From positions 1 through 59,530 of the forward strand of contig CAKPPW010000005.1 of assembly GCA_934177995.1 (NCBI GenBank): a stretch of 59,530 bases of DNA, written 5' to 3'. The stretch comes from an uncultured Bacilli bacterium (lineage in GTDB: Bacteria > Bacillota_I > Bacilli_A > RF39 > UBA660). The stretch's first letter is position 1. Each line of letters starts with the position of its first letter. The notes below the pieces were generated by a model. That model did not search any database. It saw nothing but the letters and a program-made list of their open reading frames with translations, and was not told the DNA's origin. This document shows positions 56,932 to 59,530 of this stretch, piece by piece. The position numbers and the translations under genes were made by a program.

Positions 56932-58076
56932 TCTTTTTTAGTACGGGAAAAGTTAAAATATTAAGAAATTATTCTATAGTTATAGTAATAAGTAAGTATC
57001 TATGATATAAAATAATTAAAAATTTTTTTGTCATATGCTAATTTAGTAAATCTCGGTAAAAATATACCCTCAATTTACTAAATTGAAGGGTTGAATTTAA
57101 TAAAACCCCTAATTTGGAAGAGTGAATTTTGAAAATTGGCTATTTGCAAAGTGATATTCATATCTGTTATCCTTTAACTACTTGTCCAAAGAAGGGAGGA
57201 ATATGACAAAGAAATTTATAAAACCATTATATGATACTACTATAAAGTATTTAGTAAAAAGTACTGATACAAGGTATATCATCTATAAGTTTATTTATTT
57301 GGCAACTGGTATAGATCTTAGTGATTATACGTTAATAGATCAAGAGTTAAATACTGGTAATCATATAAAAGATTATCGTCTTGATTTATTATTTAAGAAA
57401 GATTCTACCATTGTTAATCTAGAAGTTAATTATGAAATGACATGCTGGACAAGAAGAAAACAATATAATTATCTATTTAGATTAGCCTAAAATGTCGGTG
57501 ATAGTTACAAGGCTAGAAAAGTTGTACAAATAAGTCTAAACAATTCTTACTTTGAAAAGAAAGATGCTAAGTTAGTCACTTACAGTTTTAGAGATAATGT
57601 TTATCATACTAAAATAGATGGTATTGAAAGTTATGAGGTATATCTAAGTAATTTTAAAGGCATTAAGTATAATGGTAAGAATGAGCTTGCTACACTGTGT
57701 TCTATTTTAACCAGTGAGAGCATGGAAGAATTAAAAGAAATAGTAGGAAACTATAAGGAGGGATTAATAATAATGAGCGAACTTGAAAAACTAAAACTAA
57801 ACGATGAATTTAATGCTTACTATGACTATGAAGCAGTTATTAGAAAAGAGAAAAACTCTGAATATGCTAGTGGCAGAGATGATGGACTAGCTGAGGGGTT
57901 GACCAAAGGAAAAAGTTTGGGACTGGCTGAAGGAAAAAGCTTAGGCTTATCTGAAGGAGCTAATAAAGAAAAATTAGCTATAGCAAAAATAATGCTTCAA
58001 GGAAAAGAATCCTTAGACAAGATAATGAAATATACTGGTTTAAGTAAAAAAGAACTTACTATGCTACTATAATTAT
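56932..58076 (+). mobile_element. Rpn / PD-(D/E)XK_2 'putative transposase' element, copy C
   Basis: Direct repeat of 23132-24255, including the upstream non-coding module. Lies immediately upstream of the second BspA-type leader. Confidence 0.7.
57203..58072 (+). pseudogene. Rpn-family / PDDEXK_2 protein with the same single in-frame TAA (57488-57490)
   Basis: 57203-57490 and 57491-58072 are in one frame. The stop is at the same codon (FRLA*NVGDSY) as in copy B. The C-terminal LGLAEG-type repeat number differs from copy B. Confidence 0.7.
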
Positions 58077-58188
58077 TGCTAGACAATAATTAACATAATT
58101 TTTACTTTAAAGTTAAAAAGTAGTTGAATAACCACTTCACTCCATGATAAACTTTAGATATAAGATAAAAGGAAGGAGCTAGATATAT

Positions 58189-58257
58189 ATGACAGTGTCA
58201 ACCAATATGTCAAGTTTACAATCAGTTAACATGGGGGGGGCATTTTATATAGTTTAA
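58189..58257 (+). CDS. candidate leader peptide, truncated form (22 aa) in the sequenced G8 state
   Basis: Reads MTVSTNMSSLQSVNMGGAFYIV. SD GGAAGGAG lies 10 nt upstream. The frame after the G-run differs from the one that matches copy 1. Confidence 0.35.
   Translation: MTVSTNMSSLQSVNMGGAFYIV
58233..58240 (+). repeat. G8 homopolymeric tract inside the leader uORF
   Basis: Eight consecutive G in a ~28-30% GC window. The equivalent position in copy 1 reads GTGGG. Confidence 0.95.
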
Positions 58258-58282
58258 TTACTTCTTTTTATCGTGCACTAAT

Positions 58283-58313
58283 AACAGGATAAGCTAGTCT
58301 TATCTTGTTTTTT
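58283..58313 (+). terminator. intrinsic terminator within leader copy 2
   Basis: aacaggataag / cttatcttgtt (11 bp, one G-U) with loop ctagt, followed by a T-run. Confidence 0.65.
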
Positions 58314-58344
58314 GGTGTAAATAAAATAGAAGGTGTAAAGAAGA

Positions 58345-59530
58345 ATGAATAACAAAAAACAATTATTACTATCAATCGGACTCGTTTTAATACTAGTTCT
58401 AATGATAGTAGGTATTAGTTATGCCGCCTTTCAGTTTACTGGTACTGGCCAAAAAACTAATACTATAACAACAGGTGTCTTGTCAATGAGCTATGATGAG
58501 TCAAGTAATACTATTAGTATGACAGGAGCCTTACCAACAACAGATGCCACAGGAAAAGTAAGATTAACCGAAGGAGAATACTTTGATTTTACAGTTAAAA
58601 GTACTATTCAAGGAGATGCTAATATTAACTGGGAGATAGCAGCAGAAGATATAACATCATCATCAGCTAAAAAGATAGATGGTAAAAACATAAAACTCTA
58701 TTTAACAAAACTAGATAGTACTGGAACAGAAACACAAGTAATGTCTCCTAAAGTGTTTACTACAAAGACAAGTGAAAACACAAAGACAGGAAGACCAGCT
58801 GGAATGATGAGTCTTGCAACAGGAACAATGAGTGCAAGTGAAACAACTAAATATCGTCTTAGAATGTATGTAGATGAAAGCTATAATCCACAAGGATATG
58901 GAGGAGGCCTATCATTTAGTGTTAAGATAAATGCTTATGGAAAAGTAAAAGAAGCACCAACAGGTAGTAAGTTGAAAGCATATACTATGGATGTTGATAG
59001 CAGACCATCAACAGATTTTCATACTAGTGATTACAAATCAAAAATAACAAGTATTACTACAAAAAAAGATAATATAGTACCAGAGACCGCAACGGAAAGT
59101 TGGGATATGTCAGAAGCAGGTGATGGTTCAGTAATGGCATATGTAGAAGATGATGAAAGTGGTAATAGTACCTATAAACTAACAATTGGTGGAAAAGATG
59201 GGATTATTGCTAATGAAAGTATGATAGATTATTTTTATGGGTTTAAAAATGTAACATCAATGGATTTATCAGCTCTTGATACAGCAAAAACTACAAGAAT
59301 GTATGGTATGTTTCAATATTGTAGCAGTTTAACAAATCTAGATTTAAGTACTTTTGATACATCACAGGTAACAGATATGATATATATGTTTTCTAATTGT
59401 AGCAGATTAACAAGTCTAGATGTAAGTAATTTTGATACCTCAAAAGTAACAAGTATGATATATATGTTTTCTAATTGTAGCAGATTAACAAGTCTAGATG
59501 TAAGTAATTTTGATACCTCAAAAGTAACAA
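58345..59530 (+). CDS. BspA/DUF285-type leucine-rich-repeat surface protein (copy 2), 3' end outside the window
   Basis: Not in the supplied track because there is no stop in the window. Starts MNNKKQLLLSIGLVLILVLMIVGISYAAFQFTGTGQ... and then has LRR units (LTSLDVSNFDTSKVTSMIYMFSNCSR). Confidence 0.8.
   Translation, partial: MNNKKQLLLSIGLVLILVLMIVGISYAAFQFTGTGQKTNTITTGVLSMSYDESSNTISMTGALPTTDATGKVRLTEGEYFDFTVKSTIQGDANINWEIAAEDITSSSAKKIDGKNIKLYLTKLDSTGTETQVMSPKVFTTKTSENTKTGRPAGMMSLATGTMSASETTKYRLRMYVDESYNPQGYGGGLSFSVKINAYGKVKEAPTGSKLKAYTMDVDSRPSTDFHTSDYKSKITSITTKKDNIVPETATESWDMSEAGDGSVMAYVEDDESGNSTYKLTIGGKDGIIANESMIDYFYGFKNVTSMDLSALDTAKTTRMYGMFQYCSSLTNLDLSTFDTSQVTDMIYMFSNCSRLTSLDVSNFDTSKVTSMIYMFSNCSRLTSLDVSNFDTSKVT
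59377..59530 (+). repeat. perfect tandem duplication of a 78-nt LRR-coding unit
   Basis: 59377-59454 is repeated exactly from 59455 to the window end (atgatatatatgttttctaattgtagcagattaacaagtctagatgtaagtaattttgatacctcaaaagtaacaagt). Confidence 0.9.

Larger units (their letters stand above)
58133..58344 (+). promoter_or_regulatory. conserved structured leader (copy 2) upstream of the second BspA-type gene
   Basis: Same block order as 30372-30552, and ends in a terminator hairpin before the RBS (AGAAGGTG) and the ATG at 58345. Confidence 0.6.

Noticed and set aside
58711-58893. Minus-strand 60-aa ORF
   Set aside because: Antisense within the second BspA-type CDS. That CDS is missing from the track only because its stop lies outside the window.
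1-59530. Genome-wide TAA reassignment or suppression as an explanation for the in-frame TAA codons in three nuclease genes
   Set aside because: TAA terminates many clearly complete housekeeping genes here (queA, tig, efp, rpmG, murG, rfb genes) at the expected protein lengths. A global recoding is therefore not supported; local explanations are kept in the findings.

Overview
This is a 59.5 kb chromosomal window from a very AT-rich (roughly 28-30% GC by eye), standard-code Bacillota-type genome. It appears to be a spore former, since it carries cotJB/cotJC, YqfQ-like, DUF421 and YngK-like genes. All calls rest on motif recognition in the supplied translations and my own reading of the DNA; no searches were run.

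Most of the window is housekeeping:
- comEA(end)-comEC and dnaI
- yebC-ruvA-ruvB-queA-tig, then rpmG-efp and galE
- a CBS-type family II pyrophosphatase
- a truncated dcw block (murG-murB-divIB), then frr
- a Phe T-box leader followed by HAD-pheS-pheT
- nfo, rfbA-rfbC-rfbD plus glycosyltransferases, rpsT, mtaB and recD2

Accessory content is interspersed:
- Dispersed type IV pilus/pseudopilus genes: a 782-aa modular pilin, two small pilins, a pilin-head paralog without a cleavage motif, and PilC-PilD.
- Three paralogs of an Rpn/PDDEXK_2 'putative transposase' element. Two share the same single in-frame TAA, and there is a decayed fragment beside one of them.
- Two BspA/DUF285-type leucine-rich-repeat surface-protein genes.
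- A PemK/MazF-like toxin gene.
- A tiny hydrophobic-peptide module with a possible convergent antisense RNA.

The most interesting signal is a conserved ~170-nt leader in front of both BspA-type genes.
- It contains a short upstream ORF whose stop codon lies inside the 5' arm of an intrinsic terminator.
- In the second copy a G8 homopolymer, very unusual in this genome, puts that uORF out of frame.
- One extra G (or two fewer) restores a peptide whose C-terminus and stop position match copy 1.
- I read this as a candidate slipped-strand, translation-coupled attenuation switch for surface-protein expression.
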